Positions 19,103 to 31,128 of a stretch of 43,285 bases of DNA are shown here, piece after piece. The notes under the pieces are model-generated. The model was not told where the DNA came from. It worked only from the letters and a program-made list of their open reading frames with translations, and made no database searches. Each line of letters starts with the position of its first letter. Positions within the stretch are counted from its first letter, which is position 1. Position numbers and translations under genes: made by a program. The stretch spans positions 7,375 through 50,659 of the forward strand of contig DKBG01000288.1 in the NCBI GenBank assembly GCA_002451155.1. Direction: 5' to 3'. This DNA comes from Ignavibacteria bacterium UBA6906 (GTDB lineage Bacteria; Bacteroidota; Ignavibacteria; UBA10030; UBA6906).

Positions 19103-19752
19103 AACCGATCCCCTCGACACTTGTTCATCGTGTGCTCATGCCGAAGCACGCATCCACCACCCCGCACCCTGCTATCCTCATGCTCCACGGGCGCGGGGCG
19201 GACGAAGAAGACCTGCTCGGCGTGGCGCCTTCGCTTGATGATCGGTTCCTCGTCATCAGCGCGCGTGCTCCCTTTCCGTATCCTTCCGGGGGATATACCT
19301 GGTACGACGTCGGAGAGATAGGCGCCCCGCAACCGGAGACATTTCGAAGAAGCTACAACGGGTTGGTTACGTTCCTCGACGAGATCAGGAAGGGATATCC
19401 CCTCGACCCGAAGAAACTTATCTGCTTCGGGTTCAGCATGGGGGCTGTCATGTCCTACGCACTCGCCTTGTCACACCCTGAACACTTCCGTGGCGTCTCC
19501 GCGAACAGCGGATATATTGCCGAAGGCACCTTTCTCACATACCGCTGGCAGGAGTTGAACGACACCCGTGTCATGATTACACACGGCACCCAGGATCCCG
19601 TTATCCCCATTTCGATGGCGCGCCACGCGAGAGATCTGTTCACGTCATCCAGCGCGCAGCTAACCTACAGAGAATATCCCGCCGCACACCATCTCACAGA
19701 GGAAAGCCTGAGGGATACGACCGAATGGATGACTTCTGTGATCGCCACCTGA
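19099..19752 (+). CDS. Phospholipase/carboxylesterase (alpha/beta hydrolase)
   Basis: LHGRG, GFSMG nucleophile elbow, HGTQDPVI, C-terminal His. ATGA overlap with the macrodomain gene. Confidence 0.9.
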   Translation: MKPIPSTLVHRVLMPKHASTTPHPAILMLHGRGADEEDLLGVAPSLDDRFLVISARAPFPYPSGGYTWYDVGEIGAPQPETFRRSYNGLVTFLDEIRKGYPLDPKKLICFGFSMGAVMSYALALSHPEHFRGVSANSGYIAEGTFLTYRWQELNDTRVMITHGTQDPVIPISMARHARDLFTSSSAQLTYREYPAAHHLTEESLRDTTEWMTSVIAT

Positions 19753-19764
19753 CCCCCGCCGCCC

Positions 19765-20706
19765 ATGCCCGCGAACGAGACCCTGCTCTACGTCGTTTTC
19801 ACCCTCTTCATTCTGCTGATGCTCGCCATCGATCTTGGCGTGTTCAACAGGAAGGCTCACACAGTCAGCCTCCGAGAAGCAATCATCTGGAGCGTGGTCT
19901 GGACCCTCCTCGCTCTCGCGTTCAATGTCGGTGTGTTTTTGTACGCCGGACCCACAACCGGTCTTGAATTCTTCACCGGGTACCTGATTGAACGAGCCCT
20001 TTCCTTTGACAACATATTTGTGTTCGTCGTCATCTTCTCCTATTTCGACGTGCCTCCCCGGTATCATCATCGTGTGCTCTTCTGGGGAGTCGTGGGAGCC
20101 CTCGTGACGAGAGCGCTGTTCATCGCCGCCGGGACAGCGCTCATCAGCAGGGTTGAGTGGGTCCTCTACTTGTTCGGTCTGATCCTGATTGTAAGCGGGT
20201 GGAAGATGATGACACAAAAAGGTGTCAAGGTCGATCCGGACAGGAATATCTTCATCCGCGCAGCGAGGACACTGTTCCCAGTCGAGACCGGTTTCGACTC
20301 TGGCCGCTTCTTGCTGGTGAAGAACGGCACTCTGTATATCACCACGTTGTTCCTCGTCCTTCTGACCGTAGAAACGACCGACATCGTCTTCGCCGTTGAT
20401 TCGATCCCCGCCGTCTTCGGCGTTACCCGGGATCCGTTTATCGTGTACTCCTCCAACATCTTTGCGATCCTCGGACTCCGGGCAACCTACTTTCTCCTGG
20501 CAGGAGTAATGGAAACATTTGAGTATCTGAGTCACGGCCTCTCCCTCATCCTGATCTTCATCGGGGTGAAGATGCTGCTCACGGATATTGTCCACATCCC
20601 CATCATCACGTCGCTGATCGTCGTTGCGGCGATTCTTGTCCTCGCTGTCACCGCGTCATTGGTGAAAGCCCGAAAGAAGCGGACATCGGCCGGGACTCGA
20701 ACCTGA
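19765..20706 (+). CDS. TerC/Alx-family membrane protein
   Basis: IDLGVF, GYLIERALSFDNIFVF, HRVLFWG, ETTDIVFAVDSIPAVF, SNIFAILGLR. Confidence 0.93.
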   Translation: MPANETLLYVVFTLFILLMLAIDLGVFNRKAHTVSLREAIIWSVVWTLLALAFNVGVFLYAGPTTGLEFFTGYLIERALSFDNIFVFVVIFSYFDVPPRYHHRVLFWGVVGALVTRALFIAAGTALISRVEWVLYLFGLILIVSGWKMMTQKGVKVDPDRNIFIRAARTLFPVETGFDSGRFLLVKNGTLYITTLFLVLLTVETTDIVFAVDSIPAVFGVTRDPFIVYSSNIFAILGLRATYFLLAGVMETFEYLSHGLSLILIFIGVKMLLTDIVHIPIITSLIVVAAILVLAVTASLVKARKKRTSAGTRT

Positions 20707-20725
20707 ATCCTGATAGAACCGCCTG

Positions 20726-20765
20726 AAAAAACACCAGGGTCTCCCCGCTGAAGGGAAGACCCTGG
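20726..20765 (-). terminator. Intrinsic terminator downstream of maeB (between convergent terC and maeB)
   Basis: Minus strand reads CCAGGGTCTTCCC-ttcagc-GGGGAGACCCTGG then TGTTTTTT: a 13-bp stem with one G-U pair and a U-tract. Confidence 0.8.
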
Positions 20766-20794
20766 GCCTGGACCAGCTGCCTGCGCCCGGACCG

Positions 20795-23104
20795 CTACGT
20801 CCGCACTGTTGCCGCCGGAGCTCCTTTCATCTCTGCCCCGGCCCCGTTCGTCGGATCCTGTGCGTCACGGACTGCCATCGCCGTCACGTTGACGATATCG
20901 GCCACTTCATTGCCGGGAATCAGAACATAGACCGGTTTCCGTATTCCCAGAAGGATCGGACCGATCATTTCAGCACCCCCAAGTTTCGAGAGCAGTTTGT
21001 AGGCGATATTCGCCGATTCCAGGTTCGGGCAGACGAGAAGATTCGCGTCCCCTTTCAATGTGCTGAACGGAAAAAGCGAGTCCAGGATCTCCGGTGAGAC
21101 GGCAGTATCGGCCATCATTTCTCCGTCCACCATCAGATCCGGTGCCCGCCGCTTGACCAGTTCCGCCGCCCGTGCCATCTTGTCGGCCGATGGATGCGGT
21201 GTGCTTCCGAAATTGCTGAACGAAAGCATTGCAATCCGGGGTTCCATGTCGAACGAACGCACCCGTTCCGCAGCCATGATCGCAATATCCGCGAGCTGCT
21301 CGGCGGTTGGATCAAAGTTGATGGTCGCGTCCGTGATGAACCGGATGTCGTTCTTGAACACGAGAATGTACAGGCCGGCTATCGTCGATATTCCGGGACG
21401 CGCCTTAATGATCTGCATCGCAGGGCGAATCGTCTCGGGATACGCCCGTGTGAGTCCGGCCACCAGACCGTCCGCCTCCCCGCCATTCACCATCATCATC
21501 CCGTAGTTGATCGGCAGGCGCACGATGTTCCTCGCTCCCGCCTGGGTGATTCCCTTGCGCTTGCGCAGGTCATAGTACTTGCTGACATACTCGTCGAACT
21601 TCCCCGATTCCTCCGGGTTAATGATCTCCGCTCCGTCAAGCTCGAGGTCGAGCATTTTGATCTTCTGCAGGATCACTTCCTTGTTCCCGAGAAGGATAGG
21701 GGTTGCTATTTCTTCGTCAAGCACAATCTGGCTTGCCCGCAGGATCTTTTCCTCGGTTCCCTCCGGGAAGACGATCCGCTTCGGGGCACGCCGCGCTTTG
21801 TGAATCACGAGCCGCATCAGGCTCTTTGACCGTCCGAACCGTGCTTCAAGAGAGTCCCGGTACGTCTCCAGGTTCTCGACCGGACGTCTCGCGACACCTG
21901 TCTCCATGGCCGCTTTCGCCACTGCGGGAGCCTCCCAGAGAAGCACCCTGGGATCCAGGGGTTTCGGGATGAGATAGTTGCGGCCAAATCGAATGCTTTC
22001 GCCGCCGTATGCTTTAATGACGGAGTCCGGCACATCTTCCTTCGCCAGAGTCGCAAGGGCCTGTGCGGCCGCCATCTTCATCTCGTCGTTGATAGCGGTG
22101 GCCATCACGTCCAGCGCACCCCGGAAGATGAAGGGAAATCCGAGGACATTGTTCACCTGGTTCGGGTAATCCGAACGCCCGGTTGCCATCACGACATCCT
22201 TCCGCGCGTCAAAGGCATCCTCGGGAAGAATCTCGGGATCCGGATTTGCCATGGCAAAGATAATGGGATCTTTCGCCATACTCTTCACCATCTCCTTTGT
22301 GACGACGCCCTTCACAGATACTCCGGCAAAGACGTCCGCCCCCTTCATCGCATCGGCAAGCGTTCGAGCCTTTGTGTCAACAGCAAAGAATTCCTTATAG
22401 GGGTTCATTCCCTCCTTGCGCCCGGCGTACACAACACCTTTTGTGTCAACCAGAACGAGATTCTCCTTCCGTACACCCAGCGTGAGGTAGAATTTGGCGC
22501 ACGCAATTCCCGCCGCGCCCGCCCCGCTGAAGACCACCTTCACCTTGGCGATGTCCTTCCCGACAATCTCCAGCGCGTTGATCAGTGCCGCACCGGAAAT
22601 GATCGCCGTCCCATGCTGATCGTCATGGAAGACGGGAATATTCATCTGCTTCTTCAGCTCTTCCTCGATGTGGAAGCATTCCGGAGCCTTGATATCCTCG
22701 AGATTGATCCCCCCGAAGGTGGGCTCGAGCGCTCTGACGATCCGGATAATCTCCTCGGGGTCGTGCGTCTTAATCTCAATGTCAAAAACATCAACATCCG
22801 CAAACTTCTTGAAGAGCACACCCTTCCCCTCCATGACTGGCTTGCCGGCTTCGGGGCCGATATCACCAAGCCCCAGAACTGCGGTTCCATTGCTCACCAC
22901 CGCGACGAGGTTTCCTTTCGCGGTGTATTTGTACACATCGGCCGGATTCGCCGCAATCTCGCGGCAGGGTTCGGCTACCCCCGGCGTATATGCCATCGAC
23001 AGATCACGTTGCGTGGCGCAGGGTTTGGTCGAGATAACCTCGATCTTGCCCCGACGGCCGGTGCTGTGATAGTCAAGAGCATCTTGTTTGCGTATAAGTG
23101 CCAT
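20795..23104 (-). CDS. maeB: NADP-dependent malic enzyme fused to a phosphotransacetylase-like domain
   Basis: [44 protein letters not shown]-terminal PTA domain with IVFPEG and [16 protein letters not shown]. Confidence 0.96.
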   Translation of the reverse strand: MALIRKQDALDYHSTGRRGKIEVISTKPCATQRDLSMAYTPGVAEPCREIAANPADVYKYTAKGNLVAVVSNGTAVLGLGDIGPEAGKPVMEGKGVLFKKFADVDVFDIEIKTHDPEEIIRIVRALEPTFGGINLEDIKAPECFHIEEELKKQMNIPVFHDDQHGTAIISGAALINALEIVGKDIAKVKVVFSGAGAAGIACAKFYLTLGVRKENLVLVDTKGVVYAGRKEGMNPYKEFFAVDTKARTLADAMKGADVFAGVSVKGVVTKEMVKSMAKDPIIFAMANPDPEILPEDAFDARKDVVMATGRSDYPNQVNNVLGFPFIFRGALDVMATAINDEMKMAAAQALATLAKEDVPDSVIKAYGGESIRFGRNYLIPKPLDPRVLLWEAPAVAKAAMETGVARRPVENLETYRDSLEARFGRSKSLMRLVIHKARRAPKRIVFPEGTEEKILRASQIVLDEEIATPILLGNKEVILQKIKMLDLELDGAEIINPEESGKFDEYVSKYYDLRKRKGITQAGARNIVRLPINYGMMMVNGGEADGLVAGLTRAYPETIRPAMQIIKARPGISTIAGLYILVFKNDIRFITDATINFDPTAEQLADIAIMAAERVRSFDMEPRIAMLSFSNFGSTPHPSADKMARAAELVKRRAPDLMVDGEMMADTAVSPEILDSLFPFSTLKGDANLLVCPNLESANIAYKLLSKLGGAEMIGPILLGIRKPVYVLIPGNEVADIVNVTAMAVRDAQDPTNGAGAEMKGAPAATVRT

Positions 23105-23189
23105 GAGCGAGACTCCTGTGGTAGGGAGAACAGTAGAAAGGTCAAAAAGGAAATGTGCGCTCGTGAAAGCGCCGGGTTAGGACTACTCG

Positions 23190-23218
23190 AAGGTACTGCT
23201 AATTTTCCTGCGGTTCAA
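23190..23218 (-). promoter_or_regulatory. Putative maeB promoter
   Basis: Minus strand TTGAAC-N17-TACCTT. Confidence 0.55.
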
Positions 23219-23284
23219 ACCATTCCCGGCCCATGATCCGCCGCAGGCCCTCAGCCGCCGCCGGGTCCGACGGACTGTCGAATC

Positions 23285-23313
23285 TTGATTCTCAAAGGCC
23301 ATTTTGGTACGTT
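23285..23313 (+). promoter_or_regulatory. Putative promoter of the M48-plsC-gatC-kdsB-pyrG unit
   Basis: TTGATT-N17-TACGTT, divergent from maeB. Confidence 0.55.
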
Positions 23314-23354
23314 GAACAAACCACAGAGTACTAACCTCGGTTCATTTCCGTGCG

Positions 23355-24470
23355 GTGACATTCCCCCAGCGTTCGGGCCAGGCAAAGTCCTATAATCGCA
23401 TTCAATTGGCCATTGGCGTCGCTTCCGCTGTTCTGACGTTTTTGCTGATGGTCGGCCTGGTGGTGTCGGATGCCTCGGCAGGGCTCGCGGCGTGGGCCGG
23501 ACAGGTGACTTCCTCCCGATACGGTGCGCTCATCACGTTTGTGATCTCGGTCGGGATCCTTCGATCGGTCATCGTCCTGCCGCTTGGGTTTCTCTCGGGG
23601 TATGTCATCGAACACAAATTCAGACTCTCACATCAATCGCTCAAAGCGTGGGCATGGGAGCGTCTCAAAGGGGTCCTGGTGGGATTTCCCCTTACCATGC
23701 TTCTAGTGATCGTGGTGTACTATTGTCTCGAACGGTTCGCCCTGAAGTGGTGGCTGCCGGTCGGCCTTGTAATTACCCTGATGACCATCATCCTGGCCCG
23801 GCTGGCTCCCGTTCTCCTGTTCCCACTCTTCTACCGGTTTGTCCCGCTGGAGAACGGGACGTTGAAAGAACGCCTTCTTCGGCTCTGCCGGGGCGCGGGA
23901 GTTGCCGTCGAGGGCATTTTCACGTTCGATCTGAGCAAGAACACCAGAAAGGCAAACGCTGGCTTCACGGGAATCGGGAAATCGCGCCGCATCGTCCTCG
24001 GCGACACACTCATACGGGAATTCACGGAGGAGGAGATCGAGACGGTGTTTGCCCACGAGCTGGGACACTATCGGTATCACCATATCCGGACGGGCATCCT
24101 GGTCGGGACTCTTTCAACATTTGGGGGGCTGTTCTGCACGTCACAGCTGTACGCCTGGTCCGTTACACGTGCGGGGTTCTCCGCGCTGACGGACCTTGGA
24201 GCCCTTCCACTTCTTGGCATTTGGCTCTCCCTGTTCGCGCTGGCAACGGCCCCGGTGCGGAACGCGCTCGCGCGGAGACATGAGCGCCAGGCGGATCGAT
24301 ACGCAGTCCGGACAACAGGCAAGCCCGGCCCGTTCGCTGCTGCCCTCCGGAAGCTCGCCGACCAGAATCTCGCTGACCCCGATCCGCATCCGGTCATTGA
24401 ATTCCTGATGTACAGCCACCCCTCTATCACTCGACGGGTCCGAATGGTGGAGGCGATGACGGCGCCATGA
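23355..24470 (+). CDS. M48 family integral-membrane zinc metalloprotease (Ste24-like)
   Basis: Multiple TM segments, NAGFTG.GKSRRIVL.DTL, HELGH, E..AD, YSHP...R. GTG start. Confidence 0.92.
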   Translation: MTFPQRSGQAKSYNRIQLAIGVASAVLTFLLMVGLVVSDASAGLAAWAGQVTSSRYGALITFVISVGILRSVIVLPLGFLSGYVIEHKFRLSHQSLKAWAWERLKGVLVGFPLTMLLVIVVYYCLERFALKWWLPVGLVITLMTIILARLAPVLLFPLFYRFVPLENGTLKERLLRLCRGAGVAVEGIFTFDLSKNTRKANAGFTGIGKSRRIVLGDTLIREFTEEEIETVFAHELGHYRYHHIRTGILVGTLSTFGGLFCTSQLYAWSVTRAGFSALTDLGALPLLGIWLSLFALATAPVRNALARRHERQADRYAVRTTGKPGPFAAALRKLADQNLADPDPHPVIEFLMYSHPSITRRVRMVEAMTAP

Positions 24471-25183
24471 AACGATTTCTGGGAGTGATTCGTACGATCG
24501 CGGCGTCTATCTTCTCCGTCATCATGGCCGTCACCGCAATGATCTGTACCCTCCTGGACGTGAAGCGGGGACATCTGTTCCATCTCAACAACCGGCTCTG
24601 GGCAAGGGGAGTCCTTCTGCTCGCAGGGCTGAAGCTTACAATCCGTGGGCTTGAGAAACTCGATTTCGCGTCAAACTATGTCTACGTGTCAAACCATGCC
24701 AGCCTGCTCGATATCCCCGCCGTGATTGCGGGGGTTCCGGACCAGGTCAGGCTGGTCTATAAAAGAGAACTCCAGAAGATCCCCGTGTTCGGCTGGGGAC
24801 TGAAGGTGGGCAGCTATATCCCGATCGATCGGGAGAGCCGCCTTGATGCAAGGAAGAGCATCGAGGAGGCCGCCGGAAAGATCCGCAACGGAGCGTCGGT
24901 GCTGCTCTTTGCCGAAGGAACACGCACCCGTGACGGTAACCTGCAACCGTTCAAACGTGGAGCGTTTAATCTGGCTGTGAGGTCAGGTGTCCCGGTGGTC
25001 CCGCTGACGATCAACGGCACGTTTGCGGTCCTTCCGAAGGACTCCTTCTCCGTCAACCCCGGAACGGTCGAGCTCGTGCTTGACGCGCCGATCCCTGTGA
25101 ACGCCGACGGAGGGAAGCAGGAAGAACTGAGGGTAATGGAACTCGTCCACCGGACTATTGAACTGCATTATCGCAAGCAGTGA
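24467..25183 (+). CDS. plsC: 1-acyl-sn-glycerol-3-phosphate acyltransferase
   Basis: NHASLLD (HX4D), IPIDR, FAEGTR, PFKRGAF, VPVVP. Confidence 0.9.
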   Translation: MKRFLGVIRTIAASIFSVIMAVTAMICTLLDVKRGHLFHLNNRLWARGVLLLAGLKLTIRGLEKLDFASNYVYVSNHASLLDIPAVIAGVPDQVRLVYKRELQKIPVFGWGLKVGSYIPIDRESRLDARKSIEEAAGKIRNGASVLLFAEGTRTRDGNLQPFKRGAFNLAVRSGVPVVPLTINGTFAVLPKDSFSVNPGTVELVLDAPIPVNADGGKQEELRVMELVHRTIELHYRKQ

Positions 25184-25244
25184 ATATCCGCCGCCGCGCG
25201 CCAGACCGGGAGAACACCAGAAAAGTCGAAAGGGGTATTCGTCG

Positions 25245-25538
25245 ATGGCAGTCACACTCAAAGACGTCGAACATGTGGCCTTGCTGGCCCAGCTGTCCTT
25301 CAGTGAGGAAGAGAAGGCACGACTCACTGCCCAGCTCAACCAGATACTCGAGTACATGGAGCAACTCAATAGCCTGGACACGGCGGACGTCGAACCGCTC
25401 TCCCACGTGATCGAACTCAGCAATGTCTTCAGGACTGACGTCAACAGGCCCAGTCTTCCACGCGAGGCAATCTTGCGAAACGCTCCTGTACGCACTGAAA
25501 AGTTCTTCAAGGTTCCCAAAGTCATCGGAGACCGGTAG
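25245..25538 (+). CDS. gatC: Asp/Glu-tRNA amidotransferase subunit C
   Basis: MAVTLKDVEHVALLAQL, ILEYMEQL..LDT..VEP, NVFR.D, NAP....FFKVPKVI. Confidence 0.93.
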   Translation: MAVTLKDVEHVALLAQLSFSEEEKARLTAQLNQILEYMEQLNSLDTADVEPLSHVIELSNVFRTDVNRPSLPREAILRNAPVRTEKFFKVPKVIGDR

Positions 25539-25549
25539 GCGCAACAGAA

Positions 25550-26294
25550 ATGAACACCATTGCGATTATCCCTGCCCGGTACGGGTCCAGCCGACTCCAC
25601 GCTAAACCGCTGGCAGATATTGGCGGGAAGCCGATGATCCAGCATGTCGTTGAAAGGACGGGACGGGCTTCCCATATCGCGGAGGTCATCGTCGCCACCG
25701 ACGACACCCGTATCCTGAGGGCGGTCGAACAATTCGGAGGCGCGGCCGTGATGACGCCGGACAATCTTCGAAGCGGAACGGACAGGGTGGCATACGTCGC
25801 ACAACAGAGACCGGACGTGGATATTGTCGTGAATGTGCAGGGAGATGAGCCGTTGATCGAACCCGACATGATCGACCAGGCTGTGGAACCTCTCCAGCAC
25901 GACTCGTCACTTCAGGCCGGGACACTCGTGAGAGAAATCGACACCGATGATGATCTCGTCTCTCCGGGGGTGGTAAAAACAGTGCTGGACAAGCATGGGT
26001 TCTGCCTCTATTTCTCGCGCTCTCCCGTGCCGTATGTCAGAGATTTTCCCCGGGACGCGTGGCGGAAACACCACCGGTTCTACAAGCACATCGGCCTGTA
26101 CGTGTTCCGCCGCGACATACTCCTCCGCTATGCTGATCTTCCACAGACGCCACTGGAGGAGGCTGAGAAACTCGAGCAACTGAGACTTCTGGAAAACGGC
26201 TACCGGATCTTTGCTTCAATTACGACACACGATTCCGTACCGGTCGACACCGCTGCCGACCTGGACCGTGTACGGACCCTCCTCGGACAACGCC

Positions 26295-26302
<8 letters not shown>
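25550..26302 (+). CDS. kdsB: 3-deoxy-manno-octulosonate cytidylyltransferase
   Basis: IIPARYGSSRL..KPL, SGTDR, NVQGDEP, YFSR, HIGLY, EKLEQLR. Confidence 0.96.
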
Positions 26303-28582
<2,280 letters not shown>

Positions 28583-28652
28583 GAACGCTGGGCCCGCAAC
28601 GTGGCACCCGCGCCAGGGATCTCCTGCTGGAACCAAGGGAACCCGCTCTCGT

Positions 28653-28961
28653 ATGAGGCACCCTGCCTTGAAAGGCATCCCGGAAACACTCCTTGTGAGC
28701 GACAATTTTGAGCAGATCAGCTCGCTCCTGTCTCGGCGGCAAAAGGTTTTCGGGATCGCAAAATTCGCTTCACTCGGCTTTGCCGCTACCGCAGGAGTTG
28801 TCTGGTTAATCGTTCCGGACCTCAGGCTGGTGCTTCTCGGATTCATCCTTGCCGTCCTCTGCGCGGATTTCCTCCTCCTGCACCTGCTGCAAAGACGCTT
28901 CTCCCTCTCCGACACCGAACTCCTCAGCGCTCTGCGTGAAGCAGACAATCGGAGATCATGA
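28653..28961 (+). CDS. Small hypothetical membrane protein (2 TM)
   Basis: Two hydrophobic stretches. Its stop overlaps the next start (ATGA). No family recognised. Confidence 0.55.
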   Translation: MRHPALKGIPETLLVSDNFEQISSLLSRRQKVFGIAKFASLGFAATAGVVWLIVPDLRLVLLGFILAVLCADFLLLHLLQRRFSLSDTELLSALREADNRRS

Positions 28962-29611
28962 CGAATCCCTCCCGTCAGACGACACCCAACCCCTGGCTCA
29001 GTATTCCGCCGGAGGACTATGAGACACATATGAGCAGTCCCGGTGTGCGACAGCAACAGTTTCTCTCCAGGGTCTTTCATACTGTCCTGGCATCACTGAG
29101 ACCGGCCTGTGTTGCCGTCCCCGGCTGCGCAACCGGGAATGGATTCGAACACATTGACGCGTCAATATCATCGTCCGTGATCGGAATCGACGTCAATCCC
29201 GTCTTTCTCGGCGTCCTGTATCGTCGGTTCAAACACAGACTGCCCGGACTTCAGCTGCTCTGTGGGGACGTGTCCAGCGTCGTGCTTCCAGCACATTCCG
29301 TGAACCTCGTGCACTGCGCACTCATTCTTGAGTATACCGACCCCGGGCCTGTTCTCGCAAGAATCGCCCGGTGGCTCACACCAGGGGGAACGTGCTCCCT
29401 GGTTCTCCAGCTCCATTCCCCCCACATTGCAACGATCTCTTCCACCGGGATCTCCAGCCTGCAGCGCCTGGAGCCGATTTTCCACCTCGTGGAACCCTCA
29501 GATGTTCTGAAGATGATGAGACCCCTGGGATTTTCCGTAGCAGCGGAAACCGTTCGTACGCTTTCGTCAGGGAAGTCCTTCTACCAAGGAGAGTACAGAC
29601 TTGTATCCTGA
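28958..29611 (+). CDS. Class I SAM-dependent methyltransferase
   Basis: NPW..I...DYE.HM N-terminus, PGCATGNG motif I, VIGID, CGD, L.PGG. Confidence 0.82.
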   Translation: MTNPSRQTTPNPWLSIPPEDYETHMSSPGVRQQQFLSRVFHTVLASLRPACVAVPGCATGNGFEHIDASISSSVIGIDVNPVFLGVLYRRFKHRLPGLQLLCGDVSSVVLPAHSVNLVHCALILEYTDPGPVLARIARWLTPGGTCSLVLQLHSPHIATISSTGISSLQRLEPIFHLVEPSDVLKMMRPLGFSVAAETVRTLSSGKSFYQGEYRLVS

Positions 29612-29734
29612 TTTCCTGATGCGTATGTTCCTTCACAAACCGGTGACGGCAATATCCATAGGCAGTTCTGGATGTCGCTCCGGTTATCGCATGAACACAT
29701 TCTCCTGTCCAGCACTGAACCCTCTCCACGGCCG

Positions 29735-30091
29735 ATGAGTGCACGAGCATTACGATTCTATAAGGGTATCTACCCATTCCTCGCCGTCATTACTCTCTCG
29801 ACGCTGTTCCTCTTTGTCCTTCATCCCGTCTGGTGGCCACTGTCCCTGACGATCTACCTGGCCATCATCCTTGTTGCCCTGACCAGCATTGTCCGCAACC
29901 ATGCACGGGATACGCTGTACATCTGCCGCGCATGCGGAGATCAGTTCACAATCACGCCGTGGCAGGATCTGATACGTCCCCACACCCTCACCCAGAAATT
30001 GCTGAAATGCCCCCGCTGCCAACAGAAGACATGGGCAATCGTGCGTGAACGTGTTCAGAGGGAAGAATCGGCCAGGTCCCTGTACTCATGA
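29735..30091 (+). CDS. Small membrane protein with C-terminal Zn-ribbon (CxxC...CxxC)
   Basis: Two TM helices followed by YICRACG...PH...KCPRC. Start ATG 29735 preferred. Confidence 0.7.
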   Translation: MSARALRFYKGIYPFLAVITLSTLFLFVLHPVWWPLSLTIYLAIILVALTSIVRNHARDTLYICRACGDQFTITPWQDLIRPHTLTQKLLKCPRCQQKTWAIVRERVQREESARSLYS

Positions 30092-30188
30092 CAATACGGT
30101 GGGCAGACTGGAACTGCTCACAGAGTCTTTCCAGCGCAGCGAAGCGGTTCTCCCTGCCTTCGCTCCCCGCGGTACCATTGTGTACACT

Positions 30189-30995
30189 ATGATCACACGC
30201 TTTGCATGTGCCGTCGCTGTATTGTTCATCCTCTCTGTTCCTTCCGGGCTCCGGGCGCAAGGGCAGGACTCCAGCTCCTGGCTTTCCGTGCGCCAAGACA
30301 GCCTGCTGATTCAAGGACAGGCGGTGGACCAATCGTTGCTCCCCACCATCACACACTATCTGCGTAGGGCGAAAGACACAATCGAGGTCTTCTTCCGTAC
30401 GCAATATCCGACACACATTGTCGTGCGCGTCTTCCCTGACAGGAAATCACTGACGGAATTCTGGCGACAGGCCTGGGGGGCCCCGGAATTTCAGCCCGCC
30501 TGCTGGATGATCGCCAGCGGAACGGCGTCCCTTCTGGCCCTTCTGTCACCACGGGTCTGGAACACAGAGGCGTGCGAACATGATCCTACGGATTCCGTCG
30601 GGACCTACCGGCTCATCACGCATGAGATGGTGCATGTATTCCATGGCCAGCTCAATCCGAGAGCCGAGTTCGACGGGCTCGATTCTATCGCCTGGTTTGT
30701 CGAGGGCCTTGCCACCTATGCTTCCGGGCAACTGGAGGGAGCCCACAGACAGCGGCTGCAGGAAGCCGTAAGGCGCCGTCAGCTTCCCGAACAGCTCCGA
30801 GACGTCTGGACAGGTCCCTATCGCTATGCCCTCGCCGGCTCACTCGTGGAATACATCGACACCAGGCACGGTCGGGACCGTCTGATCGCGATGCTGGGCT
30901 GTACATCGCAGGAAGCCCTCCTCACCGCCCTGCAGACGAGCGAGAACCACCTCCTCCTTCGCTGGAGGGAAACGCTCGACGCCGCCGGACCATGA
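30189..30995 (+). CDS. Secreted gluzincin/MA-clan-like zinc peptidase
   Basis: Signal peptide ending LRA/Q. HEMVH followed by WFVEGLATY. Confidence 0.75.
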   Translation: MITRFACAVAVLFILSVPSGLRAQGQDSSSWLSVRQDSLLIQGQAVDQSLLPTITHYLRRAKDTIEVFFRTQYPTHIVVRVFPDRKSLTEFWRQAWGAPEFQPACWMIASGTASLLALLSPRVWNTEACEHDPTDSVGTYRLITHEMVHVFHGQLNPRAEFDGLDSIAWFVEGLATYASGQLEGAHRQRLQEAVRRRQLPEQLRDVWTGPYRYALAGSLVEYIDTRHGRDRLIAMLGCTSQEALLTALQTSENHLLLRWRETLDAAGP

Positions 30996-31028
30996 TTCCA
31001 CCCTGATCGAGCGGAGCACGAGCCGCCT

Positions 31029-31057
31029 TTGCGAAACCTCCCGGTTTGTTCTACATT
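31029..31057 (+). promoter_or_regulatory. Putative promoter of the TPR/GWxTD-like gene
   Basis: TTGCGA-N17-TACATT. Confidence 0.55.
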
Positions 31058-31128
31058 ACGTTCAACGCCGTTCCCCCTCCTGCACCGAAAAGGCAGGTCG
31101 GAGGGCAGAGATTCCCAATTGATCGACA

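Noticed and set aside
20685-20712. tRNA T-loop-like GGTTCGAGTCC on the minus strand (also GTTCGAAT near 33743 on the plus strand)
   Set aside because: The T-stem is mismatched and there is no D arm, anticodon arm or acceptor stem. The first lies in the terC 3' end.
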